A stretch of 64,000 nt of DNA from Candidatus Altimarinota bacterium. GTDB taxonomy: Bacteria; Patescibacteriota; Gracilibacteria; JBDHUY01. Where the stretch lies: positions 116,050-180,049 of the forward strand of contig JBDHUY010000003.1 in NCBI GenBank assembly GCA_039809385.1, given 5' to 3'. A model generated the notes under the pieces. It was not told the DNA's origin. It searched no databases and worked only from the letters and a program-made list of their open reading frames with translations. Positions 41,430 to 50,413 of this stretch are shown here, piece after piece (position 1 is the first letter of the stretch; every line of letters begins with the position of its first letter). The translations under genes and the position numbers were made by a program.

Positions 41430-42971
41430 TCAATTTTGTAAGTTCCTGTAGCCGATCGTCCCGTCGAGGCTGGGGTAAAAAGGGAGATCGGCTCTATAAG
41501 CATACGTGGTGTTGTACTCGAATAAGGGGATGCCGATGAGATCGGTTTCCTGAGTCTTCTGCATGATCGATTGCAAGGTTTTTAAGCGTTTTTTGGCATC
41601 TTCCTCGCTCCTGGCCTGTTCGATCCACTGGTCGGTCTCGTCCGATCCGATGCCGAGTCCGTTATAAATGCCCAGTCCTTCTCGGGGACGATGTACCACG
41701 CCGTCGAAAAAATCCGCGACATCCCCGTCGCTGAATTTCCAGCCTACGATAAACATATCTCCGTTTCCGTTCTTCATCTTTTCCAACAATTCGTCGTCGT
41801 TTGCCGTGTTTAAATCGACTTTGATATTCAGCGCTTCCATTGCCTCCGCTATGATTTCGCCCAAACCTTCATTACGGGGCGAAACCTGCAACGTCGCAAA
41901 AACACGGGTAGGCCAGACTTGTTCGCTTTTTGGCAGCGAGCTCTTTAGCAGATCGGGGAAAAATCCGAATACTCCCGAACTGGCAAACTGCGAAGCGAGT
42001 GTGCCGCTGCCTACCAAAGCTTCCTGGATCTTTTTCCGGTCGAGTCCGCTATAGAGGTATCTTCGTAAATTTGGATCGGCAGTAACGCCCCTGGTATTGA
42101 ACAAAATAAAAACCGATTCGAGCGTCGGAACCGTAATCGTCGTATATTGTGTCTTTTTTCCCTGCTGAGGGGACAATAGCGCTTCGGCTTCGCGGACCGG
42201 AATGTCAAAGATGATATCAGCCTCCTGCTTCTTCAATGATTCCAGCCGTCCGAATTTATTCGGTAGTATCAGAAAACGCAGTTTCTCCACATGTACGTCA
42301 GAAGCAAGATAGTATTGCGGAAACTTCCGGAGCTCGATGGTCGAATCGTCTTTGGCAACAACGACAAACGGTCCGGTGCCGGCCGCATCTAATTCGTCTT
42401 GTTCGTCCTTTTGTTTGTCCGACAGGATAAATATGCGCCGTATTTTTGCTAAAAAAAGCGGATCGCTGTGTTTTATGACGATCCGTATGTGAAAAGCGTC
42501 TATCTTTTCGATCCGTTCGATATTTTCCAGAAACTCGCGAATTTCACTATTGCCGGCTTGGCGTACCTTCTCAAAACTTGCCACGACATCATCGGCGTCG
42601 AAATGATCCTGATCGTGAAAAACGACCCCTTCGCGTAACGTAAATTCCCAGGTGGTCGGGTTTACCTTGCCCCAGCTGGTCGCCAGTCTGGGCATAATGC
42701 GTAAATGCGCGTCGAAATCAACTAGCGGCTCATAGACGTTTTTCAAAACGACCCGGCTGCTTTCGTTACTCATCAAAGGCGACCAGTCGTCTACCGGGTT
42801 GCTGATCGCTATCTTTATAAGCGGCCAATCCGGTTTCTCCTGCTGCTGAAACGGGTTCAGTGGAGATATTGCGCCCAGATCGATCGAAATCCCAAGTTCC
42901 CGGCTCAAAAAAAAGCCCAGGATGCCAAGTTGTAAAACCAGTATGAATAAAATAACAGCGCGCTTTTTCAT
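41430..42971 (-). CDS. Family 5 (OppA/DppA-like) solute-binding protein, membrane anchored
   Basis: VYEPLV, P.LATSW, WEFTLREGV.FHD...F.ADDV..S, GTGPF. Confidence 0.9.
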   Translation of the reverse strand: MKKRAVILFILVLQLGILGFFLSRELGISIDLGAISPLNPFQQQEKPDWPLIKIAISNPVDDWSPLMSNESSRVVLKNVYEPLVDFDAHLRIMPRLATSWGKVNPTTWEFTLREGVVFHDQDHFDADDVVASFEKVRQAGNSEIREFLENIERIEKIDAFHIRIVIKHSDPLFLAKIRRIFILSDKQKDEQDELDAAGTGPFVVVAKDDSTIELRKFPQYYLASDVHVEKLRFLILPNKFGRLESLKKQEADIIFDIPVREAEALLSPQQGKKTQYTTITVPTLESVFILFNTRGVTADPNLRRYLYSGLDRKKIQEALVGSGTLASQFASSGVFGFFPDLLKSSLPKSEQVWPTRVFATLQVSPRNEGLGEIIAEAMEALNIKVDLNTANDDELLEKMKNGNGDMFIVGWKFSDGDVADFFDGVVHRPREGLGIYNGLGIGSDETDQWIEQARSEEDAKKRLKTLQSIMQKTQETDLIGIPLFEYNTTYAYRADLPFYPSLDGTIGYRNLQN

Positions 42972-43039
42972 ATTTGTTTTTCGGTCTTCCTATTGTATCA
43001 TTTGTGCACTGTAAAAACAATTTCATTCTTTTTGAGCGG

Positions 43040-46000
43040 ATGTATTCGATCGACGATATCATCACAGGCGCGAAGGCTTATTATCCGGGTATCCGGGAAG
43101 AACGTCTTCGCCGGGCGTACCAATTTTCGGCCCTCCGTCATGCTCCCCAGCAACGTGCTTCGGGCGAACCCTTCATTACCCATCCGGTCGAAGTAGCCAT
43201 GATTCTGACCAGTCTCGAAGCCGACGAAGATAGTCTGATCGCGGCTATTTTACACGATACGATCGAAGATACGTCGTGCACTCCCGAGGATGTCGAACGG
43301 GAGTTCGGTCCCGATGTCCGGCTCCTGGTCGAAGGCGTCACCAAGATTCGCCGCGAACAATTCAGCGCTCACCCCGACGAGAGAAAACTGTTGTCCTTTC
43401 GCAAAACGTTTGCGATCATGGCACGCGATATCCGCTGTATCGTGATCAAGCTGGCCGACCGGCTCCACAATATGCGGACCATTCGTTATCTAAGCTTTGA
43501 AAAACAAAAGAAAAAAGCCGCCGAAACGATCGAAGTGTTCGTTCCTCTGGCTGAGAAGCTGAACCTGTGGGAGATCAAGAAAGAGCTGCTGAACCTCTCG
43601 ATCGCTACTCTCGAACCCGACAAAGCGGCGCGTTCATTGATGCTGCAACAGCAAAATCTTGAAGCAACCGAGGCTTTCGCTTTTTCCCTGCAACAAAAGA
43701 TCATGGAGCGTTCCAAACGGTTGCAGCTTGCAACGGCGGTGATCCGGGACGAGATCAGTTTCCTATACCGTTCTTCCCTGGAAACCTCCAGGACGACGTT
43801 CGATCCGGCCGAGACACATACTATCCGGTGTGTCGTGGAAACCACCCAACAGTGTTATCAGCTTTTATACCTGTTACACGAGATTTTTCGGGTACAGCCC
43901 AACGCAGTGGTCGATTATATTACGACACCCAAATACAACGGCTATCAGGCTATTCATACCGTTCTGCTCAACGAGCACGGACAATCGTTTTTTGTGCAGA
44001 TCTTGTCTCTGTCTATGGCTAAAGTAGCGGACCGCGGCATTACCGCGTTCTGGAAGGGAAACGGAGAAAACCTTTCTTTCAAGCGCCTGCGCGAGGCCGG
44101 CGTACGACTCAAGTGGCTGGAAGATATCAAATATTTTACGAAAGACGATAGTTACCCGGGCCGCGATCTCACCGAACTCATTCAGAAGGACTTTTTACAA
44201 CGCCAGATCTTTGTTTTTGACGAGGACCGGCGTATCTACGATTTGCCAAAGGGCGCGACAGTATTGGATTTTCTGTATAATTACAAGTCGGAAAAAGCCG
44301 GTTATGCCTTTGCGGCACTGGTGAATAACCGCGAAGTACCGTTGCACACCGTTTTGCAGGAACAGGACAAGATCGAAGCCCGTTACGGTACGGTCCGCCA
44401 GACTCGCGTAGAATGGTTGCAGAGCGTACGCACCTATTTTGCCAAGCGTAAAATCCAGTCCGAGCTGGAGAAAAATCCCCGTAACGAAAAAGTAAAAACC
44501 GGCGAACGTTTACTACAGCAACAGTTTGACGATCATAACAAAGGGATCCTGACCACTCGTAAAAAACGCGAAATCCGCCGCGTCGTCGATTTTTTTTCGA
44601 CTAATAGTTTGGAAGAATTGCTTGAATATATCGGTACCGGTAAACTCAGCGCCGAAGAAGTGTTCCGTTCTTTTTTCCCTCTGCGTATTGAACCCGGTTA
44701 TACGTTTTCGGTATGGCTCGAACTGCCTTCGCAGGAGACCGATACTTCTGTAACCATTTCAAAAATTTTGCAGATTTCTTCCTACAAAGGTCTGATCGTG
44801 GAAAAAACCGTTTTGCGTTCTCGCCGCTTGTACATACAAGGGAGGAGCGCCGGTAATGAAGACTTCGACCGCTTTGTCCAGTCGGCGCGCGAAGAAGGTC
44901 TTATTCTCTCTGTGCGGCAGTTGCTCACGGCCCCGCAACGCTTGATCTTGATTGCCTGGTGGGCGATCGTGGTGACCTGGTTTTTAGTAGCTTTTTTGTT
45001 TGCGAATATCGTTCCCCAAAAACTTCTGCTGGTCCCCGGTGGATTTGTGCCTTTTTTTATCTATACACCCAGTATCTTCGCACTCGTTGCTACCTTTGTC
45101 AGTATGAAGACCCTGCGCAATCAGATCCGCTGGATGCGACCGGAACAGCGTTATATTCTGGCCAGTCTGGTAGTCAACGGGGCGGTTATTGCCGGCAACG
45201 CATTGCTCTATTTGTGGTGGGGGCTGCCATTTGATCTCTCCATCTTTCTGGGAATCTATCTTATCAGTATTCTCATCAGCTCTTTTCAGTATGTGCGCAC
45301 CTCGCTCGATACCCAAAAAGCCGCTGAGTCTGCCAACCGTTCCGAAACCGAAGAACGGGAACAGCGACGTCTCAAAATCCAGGGCTATATATTCCGAATC
45401 GTCGGGCTGATCATCTGGGGATGCGATCCTCTGGTGGCCAAATACGCTCTGGGCAATTATAACGGAATTTTTGTTTCCGCGTTTAGTATGTGGATCGGCA
45501 CGGTCTTTGTTCTTCCCTTTTTGCTGGCCGGTTTCTGGAAAAAAAGACGCGCGCGTGCCTCTTCCCGCCTTGTCCCGGCGGGGCAAAATCCCTATCATCC
45601 ACTTTTTTTCGTGGCGATTTTCTTTTCGGGTATTACGAGTGTATTTCATTTCTTCAGCCTTAACTATACCACCGCTTCCAATGCCATTTTGTTTCTTAAT
45701 TTTGCTCCCGTCATCGCGCTGGTCGTTACGCTCTTGTTCATGCGACAAAACGTTCCTTATCTGCAAGACCGTAACAGTACGCTCAAGATCGTCGGCATTT
45801 TTCTGCTCGGGTGCGTTGGATCGAGTTTTCTGGTTTTCAATAAAGCTGCGGTACATCTCCAGCCCGATTTCGGTCAAAAATTATACGGCGATTTTCTGGC
45901 ATTTCTGTCCTTACTGTTCGATGTCGTTTCGACTATTGCACTGATCCGGTATGCCAAGATGCGCTCGGCGTTTGGCGGGATGGATTTTATCAGTCACAAA

Positions 46001-46348
46001 TTACCGATTCTGGCCGTGATCTTCGCTCCTGCGGTGATTCCCCGGCTGGTTGGCTTTGCGCCTACGTTCAATGAGATCGTTTCGTTTCTATTTTTAGGAC
46101 TGGGGACGTATACGCTGGCATATTATCTGGCGTACGAGGCGTACCGGCGTCTCGACGGGTTGATCAATTATCTCTTGTTCATTCTCGCGCCGATCATTAC
46201 CAGCGTGCTGGAAGTCCTGTTCTTCGGTCTTCCCTTGTCCTGGTCGCTGGTAGTAGGGGCGGTGTGTATCCTGGGGTCAACCGTGGCGGCCGAGATGGTC
46301 AATACGAACGCTCAGAAAAAGGCAGGGGCGGTGGTACAGGAAAATTAG
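43040..46348 (+). CDS. RelA/SpoT homolog fused to a membrane region and EamA/DMT transporter
   Basis: H..Q.RASGEPFI.HP, LHDTIEDT, IKLADRLHNMRT (HD); NGYQAIHT; TGS LPKGAT.LDF; then ~4 TMs and EamA-type repeats (IWG...L.AK; SLNYTTASNAI.FLNFAPV). Confidence 0.9.
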   Translation: MYSIDDIITGAKAYYPGIREERLRRAYQFSALRHAPQQRASGEPFITHPVEVAMILTSLEADEDSLIAAILHDTIEDTSCTPEDVEREFGPDVRLLVEGVTKIRREQFSAHPDERKLLSFRKTFAIMARDIRCIVIKLADRLHNMRTIRYLSFEKQKKKAAETIEVFVPLAEKLNLWEIKKELLNLSIATLEPDKAARSLMLQQQNLEATEAFAFSLQQKIMERSKRLQLATAVIRDEISFLYRSSLETSRTTFDPAETHTIRCVVETTQQCYQLLYLLHEIFRVQPNAVVDYITTPKYNGYQAIHTVLLNEHGQSFFVQILSLSMAKVADRGITAFWKGNGENLSFKRLREAGVRLKWLEDIKYFTKDDSYPGRDLTELIQKDFLQRQIFVFDEDRRIYDLPKGATVLDFLYNYKSEKAGYAFAALVNNREVPLHTVLQEQDKIEARYGTVRQTRVEWLQSVRTYFAKRKIQSELEKNPRNEKVKTGERLLQQQFDDHNKGILTTRKKREIRRVVDFFSTNSLEELLEYIGTGKLSAEEVFRSFFPLRIEPGYTFSVWLELPSQETDTSVTISKILQISSYKGLIVEKTVLRSRRLYIQGRSAGNEDFDRFVQSAREEGLILSVRQLLTAPQRLILIAWWAIVVTWFLVAFLFANIVPQKLLLVPGGFVPFFIYTPSIFALVATFVSMKTLRNQIRWMRPEQRYILASLVVNGAVIAGNALLYLWWGLPFDLSIFLGIYLISILISSFQYVRTSLDTQKAAESANRSETEEREQRRLKIQGYIFRIVGLIIWGCDPLVAKYALGNYNGIFVSAFSMWIGTVFVLPFLLAGFWKKRRARASSRLVPAGQNPYHPLFFVAIFFSGITSVFHFFSLNYTTASNAILFLNFAPVIALVVTLLFMRQNVPYLQDRNSTLKIVGIFLLGCVGSSFLVFNKAAVHLQPDFGQKLYGDFLAFLSLLFDVVSTIALIRYAKMRSAFGGMDFISHKLPILAVIFAPAVIPRLVGFAPTFNEIVSFLFLGLGTYTLAYYLAYEAYRRLDGLINYLLFILAPIITSVLEVLFFGLPLSWSLVVGAVCILGSTVAAEMVNTNAQKKAGAVVQEN

Positions 46349-46421
46349 CTCTTTATCTTCCATACGTTCGTGCTGGACCTGCTTGCGATACGTTCAACTA
46401 TCAAAGCCCACACGACAAAAG

Positions 46422-46590
46422 AATCTCAAAATCCAAAGTTAAAATATCAAAAGAATGACAAATATCAAAGTTGAGTGAAATTCGTAGAAATTTATAGAAA
46501 ATTGTTGAAATTGGTTGAACCGGCACTCTTCGAAATTTGGATTTTGACATTTAAACTTCATTTGATACTGGAATTTTGAACGTTGATATT
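46422..46590. repeat. 7-nt-period inverted-arm element with nested 10-nt array
   Basis: tcaaaatccaaa (46426) / tttggattttga (46536) perfect IR; inner ttcgtagaaa tttatagaaa attgttgaaa. Confidence 0.7.
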
Positions 46591-46716
46591 TTTTTGGCAT
46601 TGCAGTACTTTCTCATGGCACGTATAACGACACGTTGTGTGACAACATATTCCCGACGCTCTCTTGATTCGGGTGAATCTTTGGACTATGCTAAGCTGGC
46701 ACGTCGGATATCCTAC

Positions 46717-46792
46717 GGGGATGTAGCTCAATGGCTAGAGCGCGCCCATCGCACGGGTGAGGTTGGGAGTTCGAGTCTCCTCATCTCCACCA
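46717..46792 (+). tRNA. tRNA-Ala(CGC)
   Basis: Cloverleaf GGGGATG/CATCTCC with G3:U70, anticodon loop ATCGCAC, TTCGA T-loop, encoded CCA. Confidence 0.95.
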
Positions 46793-46953
46793 TCCTTTAT
46801 CCGCCTCAGGCGGATTACGGATGGCAGGCCATGGCTGCCAGGATTGTTCTGCACCGATGAGTTTGCTTGCGATATTCATTGAGAAGACTCCCGCCGACAG
46901 TCTTTGCGGGAAGAGTCCGGAAAATAATTTCTGCCCATAAAACTCCGGCGACT

Positions 46954-47349
46954 ATGGATCAATCACCTATTCCTTCGATCATTCGCGAGGTCGGATTTGA
47001 TTTTTCCTGGGATGTTACGAAAGTGTGGCAGCTGGACGTTCCGGTCAGTGATATGCAGTTGGCAGAGCTGGTCTGGCATTTCGATATTCCTTTTTTGTGG
47101 TATGACGGAGGGGTGTATAATCTGACGCCGCGCCAAGTGATGACCGAGCCGGATCGTTACAAAGACGAATTTTTACGAATGCTTGAATCCGATCCTGGTT
47201 ATCCCATCGATATTATGCGTAACAAAGGCCGTTGGCTCATTCTGGACGGCCTTCACCGTCTGATGCGGTTGTCCCGGGAAGGTAAGGACACGGTACGGGT
47301 TCGTAAAATTCCCCGTAGTAAGATTCCGGCTATTCAAAAAAACGGATAA
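46954..47349 (+). CDS. ParB/Srx-like small protein
   Basis: YPID...WLILDGLHRL motif. Confidence 0.6.
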   Translation: MDQSPIPSIIREVGFDFSWDVTKVWQLDVPVSDMQLAELVWHFDIPFLWYDGGVYNLTPRQVMTEPDRYKDEFLRMLESDPGYPIDIMRNKGRWLILDGLHRLMRLSREGKDTVRVRKIPRSKIPAIQKNG

Positions 47350-47397
47350 CCTGATACAATCGGTATAAACCTGTTCCCTATTTTTTCTCATTGGTCT

Positions 47398-48141
47398 ATG
47401 AGCGCTACTGAATTATTATATCTCTCTGATTTTTCCTCTTTGGAATTTGACGCCCGGGTGGAGGAGGTTTTCGAACAAAACGGCAAAATCGTGGTAGTGC
47501 TGGACCGGACGTTTTTCTATCCTCAGGGCGGTGGACAGCCGTATGATCAGGGATCTATGCATAATAAGCAGGGCGAATTCCGGGTAGAGGAGGTGCGTTT
47601 TGTCGATGGTATTGTAAAGCATGTCGGTTTTTTTGAGATGGGCCATTTTACCCGCCAGCAGGCGGTGCACGGGAGCATTGATCGAGATCGCCGGCGTCTG
47701 CACAGCCGGCTGCATTCGGCCGGACATGTGGTGGACTGGGCGGTGCTGCGGGCGGGCCTGCCCTGGGTTCCTGGCAAGGGCTATCATTTTCCTGATGGTC
47801 CTTATGTGGAGTATTCCGGTCTCCTGGCGGATGACCGCAAAGAAACTTTAAAAGACGAACTTGAAGAGTTGTGCGCCGCATTTATTGCGTCGGAGGTTGC
47901 TACCAAACTGCTTTTTGTGGAGAAATCCCAAATGCCGGAATTCTGTCATCACGTTCCCGATAATCTGCCGCAGGGTAAACCGACCCGGGTGGTTCTGCTG
48001 GGTGATTTCGGCGTTCCCTGTGGAGGCACGCATGTCTCCAATGTGCGCGATATCGTACGTGTCATTATTCGTAAAATCAAGAAGCAGAGCGGCGGTACGA
48101 TCCGGGTGGGGTATGATGTGGAGGAGGTAGCTGTCAGCTAA
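47398..48141 (+). CDS. alaX: Alanyl-tRNA editing protein AlaX
   Basis: LDRT.FYPQGGGQP.D, HSAGH, CGGTHV. Confidence 0.9.
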   Translation: MSATELLYLSDFSSLEFDARVEEVFEQNGKIVVVLDRTFFYPQGGGQPYDQGSMHNKQGEFRVEEVRFVDGIVKHVGFFEMGHFTRQQAVHGSIDRDRRRLHSRLHSAGHVVDWAVLRAGLPWVPGKGYHFPDGPYVEYSGLLADDRKETLKDELEELCAAFIASEVATKLLFVEKSQMPEFCHHVPDNLPQGKPTRVVLLGDFGVPCGGTHVSNVRDIVRVIIRKIKKQSGGTIRVGYDVEEVAVS

Positions 48142-48160
48142 CAGCTCACAGCTGTCAGCA
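48126..48160 (+). repeat. 7-nt tandem repeat overlapping the alaX stop
   Basis: ggtagct gtcagct aacagct cacagct gtcagca. Confidence 0.7.
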
Positions 48161-48260
48161 AATGCAAAATCAGCTTTCCTTCTTATGCTTTTCGCCTACC
48201 AGTCGACAGTTCTCGGTTCATATTCCAATACTAAATACTTTATACCTGATACATCCCCCT

Positions 48261-48599
48261 ATGAACTTCGCTTTCAATCTGCTGGTGCGTTTCGTGGCTG
48301 TCTTGGTGGCGGCGTATATTTTGCCGGGAATCATGGTGGATAGCTACTGGACGGCGATCGTGGTGGCGATCGTGCTGGGGGTGTTGAATGGATTTTTCCG
48401 GCCGATTCTGCTTCTTTTGACGTTGCCGATCAATATTCTGACGTTGGGATTGTTTACGTTTGTCTTGAATGCGCTGCTGGTGCTGCTGGCAGACCGAATC
48501 GTGCCGGGTTTTGCGGTGGCCAATTTCTGGTATGCGCTCTTTTTCAGCCTGGTGGTTTCGCTGGTAACGGCTTTTCTACACGGGTTGAAAAAAACCTAA
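48261..48599 (+). CDS. YvlD / phage holin family 4-TM membrane protein
   Basis: LN...RPIL.LLTLPINILTLGLF.FV.NA. Confidence 0.88.
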   Translation: MNFAFNLLVRFVAVLVAAYILPGIMVDSYWTAIVVAIVLGVLNGFFRPILLLLTLPINILTLGLFTFVLNALLVLLADRIVPGFAVANFWYALFFSLVVSLVTAFLHGLKKT

Positions 48600-48668
48600 G
48601 CAGATAGTTGGTTCAACTTTTTGAAAAAGGCTTGCTACGCTGAAAATATTTTCTCAAATGCTCTATTA

Positions 48669-49274
48669 TTAGGTGTTTTGATCGCCTCTCATTTTTTTGG
48701 CAAACTCGATTTTTTCAGCGTTTCCCGGGATTATCTTAAAATGTTTGTCGAATTTTCTGCGATCTTCGGAGCCTTCTACCAGCTTACCGTCCAAATATTC
48801 GTCGATTAAATTATCTGCTGCCAATGTCAAAAGTCCAAAGTACTCATCATTGCCAAAGGAGGTTTGTTCTATAGTTTCTCTCTCCTCTGTCGAGCAATCT
48901 CCCAGGTGATAGCGTCGAAAAAGGGCCATGAGTTCGGGGGTCTCAATAGTCTCCACTCTTGAGGTCTCTCTCACTCGCTGGGCGTGAGTACGCCGGGCTC
49001 GGGCAATAGTGGCACGGGTTGTCATACCAGGAATCGCCAGAAACTTTTCAAACCTGCTTGTATCGCGCCCCGCAGTTTTTTCATCCACATAGGCTTCAAT
49101 CAATTTTTTTTCTGCGGTTTCCCGTAGTGTCAAAAGTGCGGCATTACTCGTATATCTTGTTTCGAAATCTTCTACCTCTTCTTGGGTCATTTCTCCCAGT
49201 AAATATCTTTCCCAAGTTTTTATATCCTCCGGATCTTCAGGTACTCGAACTGGTTCATTATCAATAGTTCCCAT
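48669..49274 (-). CDS. Soluble protein with two tandem anti-sigma-like N-terminal domains
   Basis: RYLLGEM..EE...FE...AE..LI..YV and RYHLGD...EE...IE...A..NLIDEYLDG repeats. Confidence 0.65.
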   Translation of the reverse strand: MGTIDNEPVRVPEDPEDIKTWERYLLGEMTQEEVEDFETRYTSNAALLTLRETAEKKLIEAYVDEKTAGRDTSRFEKFLAIPGMTTRATIARARRTHAQRVRETSRVETIETPELMALFRRYHLGDCSTEERETIEQTSFGNDEYFGLLTLAADNLIDEYLDGKLVEGSEDRRKFDKHFKIIPGNAEKIEFAKKMRGDQNT

Positions 49275-49310
49275 ATGCGTGCTGTTTTAAAATGAATAAC
49301 CATAGCAATA

Positions 49311-50264
49311 CTATTTCTTTCCGATCCTTCGCTTTGCTTCACTTAAATTCTTCGGTTCGGGAAAGGTCATGGTTTCCTTCACGTAGTTCTTTTCTTCGAC
49401 CTGGGCCCCGCCTTGTTCGAAAAAACGGGTAATCTCCAGGACTAAATGTTCCGGTGCGCTGGCGCCGGCGCTGATACCGACCACCGCAGCATGTTCTAAC
49501 CATTCGGGCTGTATGTCCGTAAGATCGTCGATTAGGTAACTGATCGTTCCTGCGGCAATCGCGGTCTCTCTGAGCCGATTCGAATTGGAAGAGTTTTTCG
49601 ATCCTACTACCAACAGTATATCACATTCGGCGGCCATCTGTCTCACCGCTTCCTGCCGGTTGGTCGTTGCATAGCAGATATCTTCTCCGGGTGGAAACTC
49701 TATTCCGGGAAATTTTTCTTTGAGCCGCGCGACGATGGTGCTGGTTTCGGCGACGCTCAGGGTGGTCTGAGAGAGACATACGATTTTATTTCCGGAGTCA
49801 ATTTGTAGATTTTCAACATCCGCAAGATCTTCGACAAACTCGATTCTTTCGGGCAATTCGCTGATCACTCCCATGGCTTCCACATGGCCGCGGTGGCCGA
49901 TGTAGACGATTGCGTACCCCAGTTTGTGGTAGCGATGGACTTCCAGATGCACTTTCGTGACGAGCGGGCAGGTCGCGTCGATGAGGTTCAGTTTTTTTGT
50001 TCTGGCTAGGGCATAATGTTCGGGCGGCGAGCCGTGCGCCGAAAACACGACCGTAGCTCCGTCGGGAATCTCGCTGATATCTTCGACGGTGATCGCGCCT
50101 TTTTGGCCCAAGTCGGCGACGACGTGTTTGTTATGCACGATCTGGTGTTTGACGTAGACCGGTTTACCGAAGATTTCCAGACAGTCCTCGACAATGGTGA
50201 TGGCCCGGTCGACTCCGGCGCAGAAACCGCGCGGAGCGGCCAGCAGAACTTTTTTGATGGGCAT
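49311..50264 (-). CDS. ispH: 4-hydroxy-3-methylbut-2-enyl diphosphate reductase
   Basis: PRGFCAGVDRA, IVHN, SAHG, DATCPLV.KVH, ICYAT.NRQ, SSNS, SAGASAPE. Confidence 0.96.
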   Translation of the reverse strand: MPIKKVLLAAPRGFCAGVDRAITIVEDCLEIFGKPVYVKHQIVHNKHVVADLGQKGAITVEDISEIPDGATVVFSAHGSPPEHYALARTKKLNLIDATCPLVTKVHLEVHRYHKLGYAIVYIGHRGHVEAMGVISELPERIEFVEDLADVENLQIDSGNKIVCLSQTTLSVAETSTIVARLKEKFPGIEFPPGEDICYATTNRQEAVRQMAAECDILLVVGSKNSSNSNRLRETAIAAGTISYLIDDLTDIQPEWLEHAAVVGISAGASAPEHLVLEITRFFEQGGAQVEEKNYVKETMTFPEPKNLSEAKRRIGKK

Positions 50265-50341
50265 GGAAGGCGAGAAAAATTTGGTTGATCATACACCTTG
50301 TTCCGCTATCATGGCAAAGGAGATTTTGGTAATAAAAAATG

Positions 50342-50369
50342 TTGACAAATAGTTTAAGTTATTTATAGT
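50342..50369 (+). promoter_or_regulatory. Putative sigma70 promoter
   Basis: TTGACA-N16-TATAGT upstream of the 50414 gene. Confidence 0.5.
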
Positions 50370-50413
50370 AAGTCGCCTTTTGGAGGGATTCTGTTTTTTT
50401 ACCCCGCTCACTT

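Noticed and set aside
44984-45877. 297-aa antisense ORF and similar long antisense ORFs inside acrB, valS, vanW and znuA
   Set aside because: Shadow ORFs opposite well-supported genes, with no motifs
46576-46860. 94-aa ORF
   Set aside because: Spans tRNA-Ala and repeat DNA
48261-48599. Prophage inferred from the holin-family gene
   Set aside because: YvlD-type proteins are common chromosomal genes; no phage structural genes nearby
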